Shown piece after piece: positions 48,901 to 62,549 of a stretch of DNA of 64,000 nucleotides. How positions within the stretch are numbered: the first letter of the stretch is position 1; every line of letters starts with the position of its first letter. The stretch comes from Podospora anserina. Lineage: Eukaryota. Where the stretch lies: NCBI GenBank assembly GCA_017654855.1, contig CM030332.1:2356001-2420000 (forward strand). The letters run 5' to 3'. The notes under the pieces were generated by a model. It made no database searches. It saw nothing but the letters and a program-made list of their open reading frames with translations, and was not told where the DNA came from. Both the position numbers and the translations under genes were made by a program.

Positions 48901-51900
48901 CGGCGGATCACATTGCAGTGTTAGTAGTTAGAGAACGGCTTCTCACACATATGAACAATGGTGCGGCGGAATTGGAGGATCATGCCCGCATCAGATGATA
49001 TGTTCTGTTAGGAAGACGTATTTCCCACACATCATCATGATGATGCTTCCTATCTAGAAGGGGCCACAAACCATGAGATATTAGACACTGGGCCGCTTCC
49101 GGATCCTTGGTTGCCATTACTATGGAACCCCTTTTCTTCGACAGAGTATATGGCACCGGCATTGGCTTTCACCCACCTCGTCCGATCTTTTGGGGAGCAA
49201 ATCTCAAAGCTCCTCACAGCCATCAGGGTAGGCGCCCTTCCAAGCCCAACAAACAAAGGGCTTATCTGAACCATGTGCTAGTTTCCAGAAAAGGTTGGAA
49301 AAGCTTGGAAAAGCCACATGATAGGCTATATCTGCCTGACAGACCCCTCCATCAATGTTGACAGCCATCCAGCTCAGGAGAGGAGCTTAAAGCCCATGCA
49401 AGAAGCCATACTCTAAGAGAGCCCTGAACCCTTCAGCCTTCGAGTTGCTGTATGCGGGAGAGAAAGAAAAAAAAGGAACCTATTCACCAGACCTCGTCTC
49501 AAGCCTGCCATCTGATCAAATCTTAAGCCGAGCCAAGCCCTGTTCTCCATCTGACTGCTCTCAGATTAACAGCAGTCACTCATGCCGGTACTTGCATCGA
49601 TGCTTATTGGCATGTGAAACCCAGAGGTATAAAGCATGGGTGTATCGCCTGACTGGAAGATCACCTCAGTCTGGACCCCAACTTTGGCTGTGTTTGCGCG
49701 ATTGCTGTAGCGCCTGGTTGCGTGGAAATCAGTTGGGTTTCTGTGGGAAGGCAGGTTGTCGTCAGTCGCTGTCCGCAAGCAGGGCAGTTCGCCAGAGTCC
49801 ACACTCGCTCACGCGGCGGAAACCCACCAACAGTGCAATTTTACAGATCAGATGAGAAGGATACAGTAGGGCACGCCTGGTATTCCAAATTTTGTCTTTT
49901 AGACGGCGCATGAAGCTTTGGGTGCAAGCTTTTGAAAACTCACTGCTTCTGGCAAGACAAAGACGTCTTTTCCAGTCCTTTCGACTGACGTGCCACTCAC
50001 ATCCTGAACCTCCTGCTCCAGCCACACTTTCCCTGCAAAGAACACTATTTTTCAGACTTGATATCAACAACCCAGGTCGCGACAGAGCAAAATGAACATG
50101 ACTCTCCCCCCATTGCAACAACTTGGAGTAAGTCACACTTTTTTACCCCTACCTCAAATGCATCACCTTCATGCTATGCTCCCATCAACCTTCAAGCTCC
50201 ATACATATCAAAAACGCTGGACATTGCTTGTGGATGAAATGTCTATGGTGAACTGGCCAGATGGGGCACAACATTCACCATCTCATCAGCATCATCAGCC
50301 TTCTCTGCAGTCTTTACAGTTTCTCATAAGTGGTCGATATCTTGTTGCTCTCAACAAAGTGTATGACCTTGCCCGGCTGCCAAATCTGCATACGTGCCAC
50401 GGTGTTTTTCTCCTCCATGGCTTGCTCGCCGTAACATCCGACGTTGAGTGACACTTACACCCATGCCGGAACCTCTGGTTTGGCTCACTGGGCACCCCGA
50501 AGCCCCGAGAACCAACGTCGGAAGGCTGTGGAAGGGTCCGGCCTGACAGATGTGGTGTGAAGTTCTCTGTCTTTGAACAGACTTGGTGTATGATGGTCCA
50601 TCAGCAAGATCTTCCTACCTTGACGATGCCATGCAGTTGCTCTACGCGGATGCCGTTTAAACTGCTGACTAGAAGAGTTGGTGATATAGGCGCGACAAGC
50701 TGTAGGTGAAGCTCATTGAGGAGTTCGCCACGCTTTGCAAACAACAGATATGATGGAAGGAGGTTGCGGAGTGATGGTGCTTTGGGTGCCATGCTCAACC
50801 ACCCACAACGGCTCCCGTTCTATTTTCTCTTATTTACCAAAGCTGGACTAGTATATTCCTTCTCGCGACCATGTCTTTCCCCTGATGTTTCCTCGGGTAA
50901 AGTATGGTACTCGGAGTCTTTCTTCTCATGCCACACATCCTGTCACTTGACTGACAATCATATTTTCTCTCCTATTATTACCTTACTTATATCCATCACT
51001 TTAGAGAGCTCTCATCTCTCTCTCTCTCGCTATGTGCATTGCACTATCCTTACGTCGACGGGAAACTTCAACTACTGCCTTGCAACTCATGGCGACAATG
51101 AATTAGAAGCTTTACAACCTCTCTCTATAAAGACTCATGTGTGGAAAGAGCACTCAATGAGGGGAAAAGACGCAGATGAAACTGTTAATGTGAAAATTCT
51201 AAAGAAAAGAGAAGAAAACAAAAAGGTGCGAGTAAAGAAGAAGCGCAACAAAGCTCTAGGAGCAACCAGTTTGTGGCTCTTACCCAAAGTGGGCCACACC
51301 ACAACACAGGGCTGGTGAGATGAAAAGCTAATACTTCCTTATTCTTCACCTTGAGTTTAGCACGCTCGCGTGACATCGCATCTGGTAACGCTTCTGCTAT
51401 TCATGCGCGCGTGTTGTCGTGAAGGCTAGGCTTAGCGATGGAAGAAGAAAAGGGGGTAGGGTCAAACTTCTGTTTGCGATGAGAGAGAAATAAGGGTGAC
51501 GACAAGTTGGCCGGGCAACGCTCCTCCTCTGTCTAGGACAAAATGGGACAGGCACGCTTGAAGCAAAATTTAGATCTTCGAGTTTATTGGGAAATATACC
51601 CGAAGAATGAGTACTTACCTACGTTAGTGTTAAGTTCAAGCTGAGATCAGCCGATCTTACGTAGATTCCTTTTAGAGGAGCTCCACTGCCAAGTCATGAA
51701 TTGTTCTCATGCGCAAGGCAATCACATACAAGTGAAAGCTGAAGAAGCAGACTTTGGTTCGAATCATTTAGCATCTTACATATCGAACACTTGCTCTCAT
51801 CTCACAATACATGCTACGTAGGAATAGGTCTTGTCTTTACTCTCATTTTTCATTTTATTAGCATTGCCCTCATGCATGGAATCACTCTTTTCTTGTCACT

Positions 51901-53882
51901 CACTTGCTCCCGGCGCGCCAAGGCGCATCAGTCTCGCAAAGCCTACCTCAAGGGCTCCTTTCCACGTGCCGAGACGAGCGTGACCTTCAACACCGGCTAT
52001 GATGATTGGGTTTTTGTTGAGGGAACCTCATGCTAGCGTTGGATTGGCGGTACAGTGTTCACCAGTTTCGCAACGTTGATGTGGTGTGAACCACAACCCC
52101 CAAGCTTTGTGTTATGAGTTTCTCGCTCCGTCCCCATGATCCGGTCTGGTCGCATCAGCCGCGCAAAGCCGACTTCAAGAGCTGCCTTCCACGCGGCGAG
52201 GCGCATCAGTCCTGCAGAGCCGACTTCAAGAGTACAGAGATCCAGCTGTGTTTGCTGGCTACCCTCGTCGCCAGCCAGGTTCAGAACATGTTTATTGACT
52301 ACAAGAACCTCAACTCCTTGCTATCTCCAGAGAAAGTAGGTTCAAAGTCGCGCTCCAAGAGGAGATATGTCAAAATTCGCGCTCTCCCGAGAAAATGGGT
52401 GTGTTGTGGTGCTTGTAGCTGTCGGCGCGCGCGCTGGAGTTTACACTCTCCAGAGTAGATGGTGGAGGCATGGTTGTGCGTTGCCTTCATCTCCATGCGG
52501 ACCGGCTTGCGGGGGCAATTGAATCAGAGGATGAGCTCCCCCGGCTTGTGAGGGCATTTTGAACAGAGGATGGGCTTCTCCGGCTTGGAGAGCAGCTAGC
52601 ATAGTAAGTGAATATCTATCAATCCCCACAGAGGCACTATATTGAAAAGAGTCGAAAGCTCTAAGCCATTTAGGAGATCTGGTATCATGAATGAGAGGAA
52701 GGGAACTGGGAATGAAGCTTTTAAGACAAAAGGTCTTTGCCCGCAGTGTCCCCACTAGCACTACATATTAGATCCTTCACGTTGATGGTATAGCGTCTGT
52801 TGGCACTGCTAAAATGAGGTGGTGAAAAGAGGTGGAATTACTTGGTTACTTCAAAGCTGTAAGCAGCCTCGGGAAATGTAACTGCCTTATCATGCGGACG
52901 AAAGAATATCGCCAGATGTTGGGCTGGTGACCTAGGAAAGTCACTGGCTGCGAAAATGAGGCCAAAATTGGCTAGAAAATGGTACACAAATTAGTATTAC
53001 AGTAGCTGGTTGTTGGTTAAAAAGAAAACAGTAAGAATATCCAGCCCCAAGAGCAAACCGGTGTGGGTCTGGGAAAACCCAGGCCCTTCAGTGTCCCACA
53101 CCAGATCTGTTTACTTAAAAAGATCTGTTTACGAGGTTCAGGGGGCTCGATATATTGTTCACATCTGTTTTTCCAAAACGCCCCTCTTCCATCTCCCGGA
53201 TATGAGTTCAATGTTCAGCACATATTCTTTTCGCCGAAGTTTGTACCTTGATTCACCGCACCAATTCTCTAATCAAAGACTTATCTTTCAGCCTACTCCT
53301 CAATAGCACAATTTATTTCTCCCGGGCGCACAGCCTCAACGGAGACAGTTCTCAATCAAATGCCAGCGGCTCACCATCAAAGAGCCAACCCGCCCCGGCG
53401 CCTCACGGCGTTCGCGTTGCTCTTAGCCGGGTTCAAGCAACTCAATGCTCCGGTTTTGAACCACCTGGCTGAGACTCATAGTCGCCTCCGATCTCCTCGC
53501 ACTTGCAGCACCCACCGGAACATCAAGCAGATAGCCAACGAGATTGTGCCTTGCAACAGAAAGTCCATCAGACGGCTCTTTTCAACAGGAACCCCACGAG
53601 ACGGCTCCTTGTAACAGGAAGTCAACTCCCACCGGAGTCGAACCAGCCGCGCGCACGCGCCGAGATAATTGATGACATGCATGACATTAAGAAGGCAAAA
53701 TCGCTGCTTGATATGATGGAGCAAGAGAAGCAGCTTCGAGATCAGGTTTAGGTACACGCCTTGAGGATGCGGGTAGAGGTTGATGATGAGTTTATCGCGC
53801 GCGCGCTCGAGATAGTTCATCATAAACCTCTACCCGCACCGTCAAGGCGATCACATCGAGGGTATCATGGCGAGGTCTCTGA

Positions 53883-54140
53883 ATGGGTGTGGATACACTG
53901 GCCTCATCTTTCATCACTGAGCGCGATGAGCCCATTGCCTCGGTCCTTACCCGTACCCTTCTCGAGACCGGCCAGGAGATTCCGGATCTCTTGGCCGGCT
54001 ACATCCCGGAGGATGCCGCCCATTTTCGCCTCAAAGCTGATTCAGACCTCGATGAGACCGAGAACGCTGCGGTCAACTTTGGCGGCGATGCCAACGATGG
54101 TGGTGATGGCGGTACGACCTCTGGGGCGCTGGTGATGCTG
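53883..54140 (+). pseudogene. Isolated C-terminal fragment of a Ded1/Vasa-type DEAD-box helicase
   Basis: LASSFITERDEPIASVLTRTLLETGQEIPDLLAGYIPE resembles the segment after motif VI of Ded1-like helicases; no DEAD, SAT or HRIGR motif upstream in frame. Confidence 0.6.
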
Positions 54141-54518
54141 CTCCGGTTGCCCAGCCGACCGCCGAGAAGCGATAGTTGATGGCGTGGACGATGTTGAATA
54201 AGGCATTGTTACTTATAATAGGGGAGCGTGAAGGTTGCTTGCAGGGCAGAGTTTGGAGCAGTCGGCGCGCGTGGTCGCGGAAGTTGACGTTGGACAGCGG
54301 CTCGTGAAGTAACGCAAGGACACCATCAGACACAAGATATGAGTAAAACTTCTAAAACATGAAGTCTTCGAGCCCTAGTAACAGGTAGCAATGTCTCATT
54401 TCAGCTCGGTATGTTAGGTTATACTAGATTCACTTACTCCCTCAATTAACAATAGTTCTGTATTTATCCCACTGATATAGCCCGTAATCTAGGTTTCAAG
54501 TCATCTATCTGATTGGTA

Positions 54519-56462
54519 GGGTGGATGACCAGGAAATGGCCCACCCACGGATATGGACCACCACCCCCACACCAGCCACACAACCTTAATGAGATTACCC
54601 CTGAATGCTTACACTCCCCACAACAAGACCAATATTGGGTCAATTTCTATGGAATTTATACCAAAATGTAGCTCAATCACTGTCAGAGTCAGACATTTCG
54701 TCTGCTTCCCTCTTACGCCGGGTTTGAACCCGATAACGTGTGCTACGCCGCACAGGCTCGGCTGGCTCCGGCTGCTCCACATCCTCCTTAGGCACCACTT
54801 CTTCCTCCACCACCCTCCCTTCAATACGAGCCTCTTCCAGGTCACAAAGCCTTACAAACTTGGAATTCGAATCTTCTCTATTCAACTTGCGCCTTTTCTT
54901 TGCGTCCTGGGCTTTGTGGGCGTTTTGTTGGTGCCTTGCCGCATCAGCTTTGTGGATGGATACCTCAGATCTCAGTGTGAGTATAGTACTGGTGAGAGTC
55001 CTTGCCGCAAGCCGTTTTCCGGCCGGCGTATGGTTCTTGAGTAGGTCCTTGACCTTCTTGGCCACCTGGGAATCCCCCACGGTATGGAAAGTAGGTGTTT
55101 TTGAAGAGAGATCCAACGGCACCACAGGGACTACCACCTGGCTTGAAGAGAGCGGTTTGCGCCTACGTATGGGCCATAATCCTGTCCCACGCCAGCCGCC
55201 GGCAATATTCTCTTTCCTGAAGCCCTGCTTGCGGGCAAAGTCATACAGCCGGACCAAGTCGACCTTGCCGTCAGGCGTACAGTTGGTGAGGGCGTCGTTT
55301 ACAGCCACAAGCCTCTTATACGCCTTCTTCACACTGGAAAAGCAGCCAATATCAAGGGGTTGAAGGACGTGAGAGCAGTGGGGGGGCAGGAAAAGAAGGT
55401 AAATATTGCTCCTGTAGCACCGGATCATAAAGTCGTCAGTGGTATGTGAGCCATGGCCATCACAAATAAGAAGACGTGGTTCTGATGGGTCCTTTGGTTG
55501 AGTCCTTGGGATAAAGACCTCTTCAAGCCATCCAACGGCCAGGTCGTTACTGGTCCAACCGTTCGATGATACGGCCACATACCAGTCCTTATCGAATTGG
55601 TCCTTGAACCATTGCTTTTGAAGGTCTTGGCCTTTGAAGATTACCCCGGGGGGGAGGACTCTCCCATCCTGGGAGATACACTCCAGCATAGTAGTCCAGG
55701 TCCTTTTTCCATTCTGTTTAACGTATACAGACTTTTTATCCCTCATTGAAGACCCCACAACCAAGCCGTTCTCTCCCTAACCTTCCATTATTCCTACTTC
55801 ATCATGGTTATACCTGTTCTTGGGCTTGATCCAGCCAACGGTAGAATAAAGGTTAAAGAACTTGTTGATATTCTCCGGGGTAGCTTCGTTAACTCTAGCG
55901 TAATCAATCTTCTTTCCCACCTTCGTTTTGATACTGGGATGACGGCCAATAAAGCGGGTTACCCAGTGCTTCCCAATGGAGTAGATATCGGCTTGTTCAG
56001 CCAGCATACTGGCCGCCAGAGCTCTTACGTTGGCGTGGGTGGGAGCGTAGCCAAGGCTTTCCTGACGAAGGATCCATTGAACGATGAGGTCTTCCTGGCC
56101 CTGAGTAAGCCGCTGTTGATTTTCATGGGCCTGTTTGCAAACCTGGGTTCCTAAGATGCGGTGCCTCAGTGTAGAACGTGGAACCCCGTGCTTGTCGGAC
56201 GCTTGGCGCTGGCTTATACCAGCAAGAATGTCTTGTTCGGCATTTGCGAGATCTTCCTCGGTATATTTGGCCATTGATGGGTACCTGGAGCAAAAAGAAG
56301 AAAAAGAAATGGTCCATTTTTGACCTCTGGGGGTGGAATATAAAGTTGGGGGGGCTTTCGGAGGTCCAGGGTTGTTGAGGGTTTAATGTGGAAAATGGCA
56401 CTGGTAAGTTCAAGCCAATGTGGGCCACCTCTGTGGGTGGGCCATTTCCTGGTCATCCAACC
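54519..56462 (-). mobile_element. Fot1/pogo-family (Tc1-mariner) DNA transposon, ~1.94 kb, TA target-site duplication
   Basis: Terminal inverted repeats GG(G/T)TGGATGACCAGGAAATGGCCCACCCAC at 54519 and 56462, flanked by TA (54517-18, 56463-64); encloses the transposase. Confidence 0.95.
54673..56274 (-). pseudogene. Fot1-like DDD transposase (HTH-psq, CENP-B HTH, DDE_1) split by a single in-frame TAG at 55779-55777
   Basis: GVPRSTLRHR; YNHDEVG; LICDGHGSH; SHVLQPLD; the two listed ORFs are in the same frame, joined by GIMEG*GENGLVVGSS. Confidence 0.92.
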
Positions 56463-58890
56463 TACACTGTGGTGTATTAGGTATTATGTGGAGAGAGTGT
56501 AAATTGGTTTTCTATGTGTTCCATCCGTGTTCCGAAATTTTGGGTTGATTGCCGTCGGGTGGCAGATTTCAGGGGTAAAAACAAAGTGGGCTGCTGCCAG
56601 AGCAACACTGTTCTTGGCAGAGCAACGTCGAGCCTGGTAGGTAATTTACTCTGCTCCTGCCTTTGCTTTTCTGTGCTTTATTTTCCCTTAACATGCCCCC
56701 GAGCATAACAAGAAGATGAAAACTTTGGGCAGTTCACAATGGCCGTTTTGTCGTGGTGGAAGATTTTGTTCGAGATCAAAGCCAGCTTAAATGGTGAGCC
56801 TGGCCCCGATCTCTGTTCCTTACGGAGTACTTCTAAGCACGGGAGATGGATGGATGATCTTGTAGCATTAAAGAGTCCCTCGTCGCATACCTTTATGTTT
56901 GAAATCCTGCCTTATAGATGGACGGCACTACAGTGAACATTGCCCATTTCATCCATGCCCCAAAGCTAGTTACTTCAGGAGAGTCGAGTCCGTGGGTCTC
57001 TCAAAATTGCTCCAGGCGTTCATTCACTTCAAAATCCATCTTGGGCACCACCAAGCCCGCTAGTTGGGGTCATGACCTCCGCGGCGCGCTCTGCGGCAAG
57101 ATTCCCCAGCGTGGGAGCACGTCCACATGGCGAGTTCATCTTCTCAGCCCCGTATCTCACCATGAACAGGCAGGCCATGGTTTACCAGACCTTTCCCACT
57201 TGAAGGCCACCACCAAGAATACAAGCCTCCTTCGTCTTTTCGGCACGAGCAAGCCCATTGCTAGAAGGTATTCATCGCCGCGGCTACAACTACACCACAT
57301 GCGTTCCATCGCCGTGGCTACAGCTATACCGCATCCGCTCCCTTGGCTTCAGCACGACGAGACCGTCCACCATGTTCAGGGTAGTGAGTGGAAGTGCATC
57401 AGCCGCGCTCTTCTCCCCATGACTTAAACAAGTCGCTGAAGGAAACCTATCCCTCGATGCGAACACCGAAGCTACCCCGCGCCCTCGCACGCGAGGGCAC
57501 GACGTTTTGTATTATTGCCGATGTCTTTTCCTTCTGGTTGCGGGAGTAGCGGGACTTGCTCTTTTGCATCGACGACACATGTCTCTCCAGCGAGTTCACA
57601 ATTGCGATGAAAGATGCTGTCTAATATAAGATAGGAGAAGAGATGTATGAAGAGCAGGTCGTCACTCATCCTGACTTGTAGTAATAGTAATGATTTGCTA
57701 ACAACATACCTAGTAATATGCTAGAGCTTACTTCCCGGAAAGAATTGCAAGCAGTACTCATATTTGAGAGAAGAGACTGCACATCAAACGAAACTCTGTA
57801 ATATGGTCTACACCTGTAAGCAAAATTGAGACGAAAGACATCATACAAAACTTCAGCTTTCCATCTCAAGTTAACTCTTCACCCTATCCAGCTTGGGTGC
57901 ACCATCGTCTGCCAGTCGCAAGCGAGCAAACGCGAGTGCTGAAAGGTGATGAAATGCTCGGGGGAAATTATTAAGAGCAACTTCATAGGTGAGCGAGTGA
58001 AAGCAAGAGTGGTAATGGGAAGAAAGATTCGGGAGTAGTTAGCGATGTCGAGGTTGACGATCTGTTGCCTTCCGGCCGACGTGAAGCGCACCTCACCCAG
58101 CAACTTCCACAACAAATGACCCAGCGTATGTCTCCACAAGTACCACACCAGATATCCCACATGTCTCTCAATCCCAGAAGGTGCCTTAGCAAGCGGTCCA
58201 AAAACAATCCATCTTTGCTCCCACGTAGGCAAAGAAACAACAAGGTCTGGTGGAAATGGAAGAACTGTCAGTCACAACGTGTTTTGGTATTGAAGGAAAG
58301 ATGCCCACACGAACTAGGATTGAAGAAAGGCTGTCTGGGAGCTGAGATCGGGGGAAAGGTTGGCTTCTGGTCCAAAAGTAGACCGAAATAAAGAAGAGAT
58401 GCCTTGAATAATCAGGCAGATACGTGCACTTGTAGAAACCAGCTCAGCATGGTTTGGAGATCTGAACGATGATCCTTGTCTGAACTTGAAATTTGATGAG
58501 GTTTAACGGCCATAAAAACAAGCGTTATAATTGTTGTTGATAGCTGGGACGAAACACCCAGGTACTATCGAGAAGCGTGTGATCAGGATGAAGCAAGTAG
58601 ACAAGATGCTGATGGGCTGGCCAGCCGGGGAGAGATCGATCCCTCCTGTCGACAAGTCAACATTTCTGGCCATGTCAGTACTGTCCCACGTTGTCTGTAT
58701 GGGAGTCAACAGCAACAAAACAGAGGCCAACTTTGTTAATTTTCTCTTGCCTTGTGTCCTGTCCAACATGAAAGAGGTTGGCAGGTTATTAGATTGCAAG
58801 AGGTGAATCAAGCAAACACGGGCATCTTAAAAGAATCATGAAACAGAGCGCCTGCTTGCATTATGTAAAAGTATAACTGAGGAAGGCAGC

Positions 58891-59943
58891 TCATGGACCG
58901 AAGATTCTTGTGATGGTCGATTTGGGCAAGCAGTAGACCTCGTCGACAAACTCCAGGCCGGGGTAGTCCAACAGGCTTAGCCCGGTGATGCCAAACAGCG
59001 TATGCCAGACATCCACCATGTCACCTGGTCGGTCCGAGATACCGCCCTTCTCAGTGTCTTGACATTGAAGGATGAAGTTGATGAGCCTGTCCCGATCGAT
59101 CCAGTGTGTCTTGCCAATCATTTCCAGACTGCTCAGGACCCACCAGCTGTAGCAGACATCCTCCTTCTTCTCTGGTCGACCGTTCAGACCACCGTTGGCG
59201 AGCTGTCTCTCACTCAGCCACTTTCCTAACCGCTCCTTATCGATAAGATCCTGTCTCTTGGCGATCGTTAAGCTGGCCACACAGGTGAATATTTGCCCTG
59301 AGTGGGACTCAGCACCGGGACTGACACCGTAACCTCCGTCAAAGTTGGCACATGCCGCTACATAGTCAACGGCTTTGTCGACATCAATCAAGTCCATGAG
59401 GCCAAGAAGCGACAAGGCGTTGAAAGCACCGTACAGAAACCGAGTATCTTCTTCACCCCACTCGTCACCAGCAAACGTTCCAGTCTGCCGGTTCTGAAGG
59501 TTGGCAATGTCTGGGTCGACGGGTTAGTATCTTCACATAGGATATTGTTTTCCGAATGGCGAGGTTAACGACGCACATTTCCCTACAAGCGCCTTCCCCT
59601 TCCCTCGAGTCTCCAGCTCGTCAAAGGCATCTACCATGGCGAGGATCTGCACAGCGCTAACGGTAGAGAGCATGTGTGCATCGTGACCGGGGGCGGCACC
59701 GAAGCCTCCGTCTTCGTGTTGGCATGATAGTACAAAGTCGATGGTCTCAGAGCGTGGAAGGCCTTCGGGTACGCCGAGAAGGTGTAAGGCTGTCAAACCC
59801 CAATACACACCGTTGAGTCGCAGGTGTTCTGTTAGCCAGTAGTCATACTCGTCTTGTCTCGTATTGAGGCTTTGTATGTATTTGACATGAGCAGAAGTGG
59901 CGAGCTCCAGCTCTTCTGGGAGTTGTTGAAAAGCATCCGTCAT
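58891..59943 (-). CDS. BET2: Rab geranylgeranyltransferase (GGTase II) beta subunit; exons 59943-59577, 59510-58891
   Basis: [64 protein letters not shown]. Confidence 0.95.
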
Positions 59944-62549
59944 GGTGAGGTGGTCGGTTTTATGAGTCCATAGAATTAGCTGTGAGTGTTGTCGAATCCC
60001 AAGCCAACAAAGGAATGACGTTAGTCCACAGGCCCCTGTTGAAGATCTTATGTAATCAGCATGGTAAGGTAAGTGGACCAGGCACCACCACCCCACTCAT
60101 CTCAAGGTCCAGGCAGCTGGTTTCAACGCCAGCTGGCAGATATTGGCCAGGACATCACACAGGTTGCTGACACCTCAGCTATGTAAATATTCCAGCTTCA
60201 CAGCACGGACCAGAAGCTGCCAAATAACATAAACGGCGTTTTGTTGAGGGATACTCGGATTATCCTGATGCGTCGATTTGTTCGTGTTCTGATTGGCCTC
60301 ATTTTCGATATATAGTGTTCCGTTCGCTTGTTCGGCGCTTCGTTACCGCCGCCGTCTAACCACGATACGAGAAAGCAAGCTGCTCCACAACAAGAGCAGG
60401 GCGCCTTGTGCGAACAAGTCTGAATCTCCAGCGAATCGAGCTTGAAAACAAGCCTCGAGGGCCGTGACGCCACCTCATATGCATGCAGTCTGCGAGGTGA
60501 CCATCCCGTACCAGGCAACAAGTCTGGATCGGATCAGTTTGGATGTAACTCGGATACTATAGGAGTCCATTGGGTGTTGTCAAAGATCAACTCATCGAGA
60601 AGGCAGCACTGCATCCTGGATACCCAGCTACCCAGTTTTGGGGCCCGAATTCGTGGCTTGAGCCTCTTCAAACCAAAGGGCATCCATTGTAGTATATACT
60701 GGTGAAGCACTGTGAAGCACTGAAGCCAGGAGGAGTAGAAGACGCTCAGACCAACTGGCAGATGGCCCATAGAAAAAGTGCCGAGTTTCAGAATTGGCTT
60801 TTTGTGTACCTGAAGCTAACCACATCAGGTTTGGTGTTGACAGCGGCCCCTCCTTTTCGATATGGCTTGGTTGGAGATGCGGAAGATGAGGATACAACAG
60901 ATTCACGACCAGAGGTTCCTTCCAGCCTGGAGATGCGGGATTGATGAGGTCTCTATATGTCTCCTGCAAGGAATCACCTGTCTCGTGATTCACAACACAG
61001 ACTAGATAATATCAAGGCCCCCCGAGACATGCGCATCGTGCTAATAATGGTTTCATGGATTTGGGTTCGAAGGGCAGCGACCGCTTGCGTGTGGCACCGA
61101 GACGTCGGGCATCTCGGCCTATCCCTTTCTTTCTTCTTCGAGCACGAGAGAACCATGTGTGCCCAAGGCGCCCAGTACGTGCCGGTTTTCATCAGCCGAA
61201 GAGAACAAAGACTGGCAATGAGCTCGAGAGTCGTTTTCCAGCGGATCAAAGAGTGGGGAGATAAGTGCTCAGAGCGGCACCCAGCCAGTGGCTGATGACC
61301 CCTCACTAGGCTGAGAGGGAGGTGCGAATGGAGCCCAGGTGCTTGGTGTGTTTAAGCACAAACGACCTTCGCCCTTGGTCCTCCTCCGCCTTGCCTTTCC
61401 CAACCAGTTCCAAACATCGCTGGCTGCTCAATAGACAACAGCAATATATTACTGAGAACCTGCCGCCCTCCTAGCGACACGACACCTTTGATCATCAGTC
61501 TCCATTCGTCTCCAAACCTAATGCTGAATACCCCGGCGTCTATTCTACGGAACTTCCCAATTCGACCCTTTGCCCTGACGGAGCTTCAGACAAAGCAGCA
61601 CCCCTGACACCGCTCAGCGGCAGCGCATCGCATCATCGTGTGTCTGCAGCGCGGGCCAGCAGAGTGCTCTTGAGATAATCCCCGTTTCAGATTCCGGGCC
61701 ACTTGGAACCTTGACGACACTCACCTTACTCATTTGGCCGGTTATCGACATTTTGGATACCAATACCAGAATACCTCTCCCATAATAGCTGGGCGTCAGA
61801 TTTCATCGAAGCTGTTGTAACAGTGGTTGCATCCTGGTCGGCCCTGAAATCTGCAGGAACGGGCTTCGAAACGGGTGCATCTCTTCTCCGGGTCCAGCCT
61901 CTATTATCGTTCTTTCTCACCCATCCATTTCCACAATATCAGTCGAAAACGGTGTTGCAGAAACACCCACAAAATTGAGTCGTCCGACAAGGCACAACCC
62001 GAGCGCTCGGTTTCGACTTGTGGGCATCCCTGGTACGAAGTTAGGGTCAACGGGGTGAGGGTTACCTATGCCGCATGCGCTTGTCTTGGAGTAGGTGCGC
62101 AGCCCTGGGAACATCGACCTGACATTTCAACTCCTGGCCTGCGGTTCTTCCCATAACCCAGGGCCCTTTCCTTCCCGGACTCCGTGCCTCCTTGGGGGAG
62201 GGTGCTCACTTGTCGCAGCCTGCAATCTGCCTATTTTCCGCCTCTTTCGAGGCCTGGTACTGTAAGTTTCGGCCCAGCACCCGCTACTGTACCGTTGGGC
62301 TGCTTGGCTGGCGCGTTGCTCGCAAGACCACGCTGCACTGCACTGCTTGTTGCTGCAACAGCTGCGACAAGTCGGGTGGTCTTCGTGTGCGGCAAAGTGC
62401 TCGAGGTGCGAATCAGGAACAACCCAGGAAAAGCAGACGCCTGTTATATCCAGGCCCATCATTATTAGCTCCATCTGAGCGGGTGGCCCGGCGTCTTGCG
62501 CAGCCTCTCTCATTTGGCGTTTGACACCTGGCAGCAGTCTGCTGGCAGC

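Noticed and set aside
52981-53247. Possible MITE with GGTACA..TGTACC ends
   Set aside because: Inverted match is too short and there is no clear target-site duplication
53660-53695. Minus-strand NVMHVINY resembling the DEAD-box segment after motif V
   Set aside because: It is the antisense of a plus-strand repeat that recurs at 54170; no flanking helicase motifs, so probably coincidental
56500-58850. Short ORFs between the transposon and BET2, including a Gln-rich one at 58065
   Set aside because: No recognisable domain or consistent exon structure by eye
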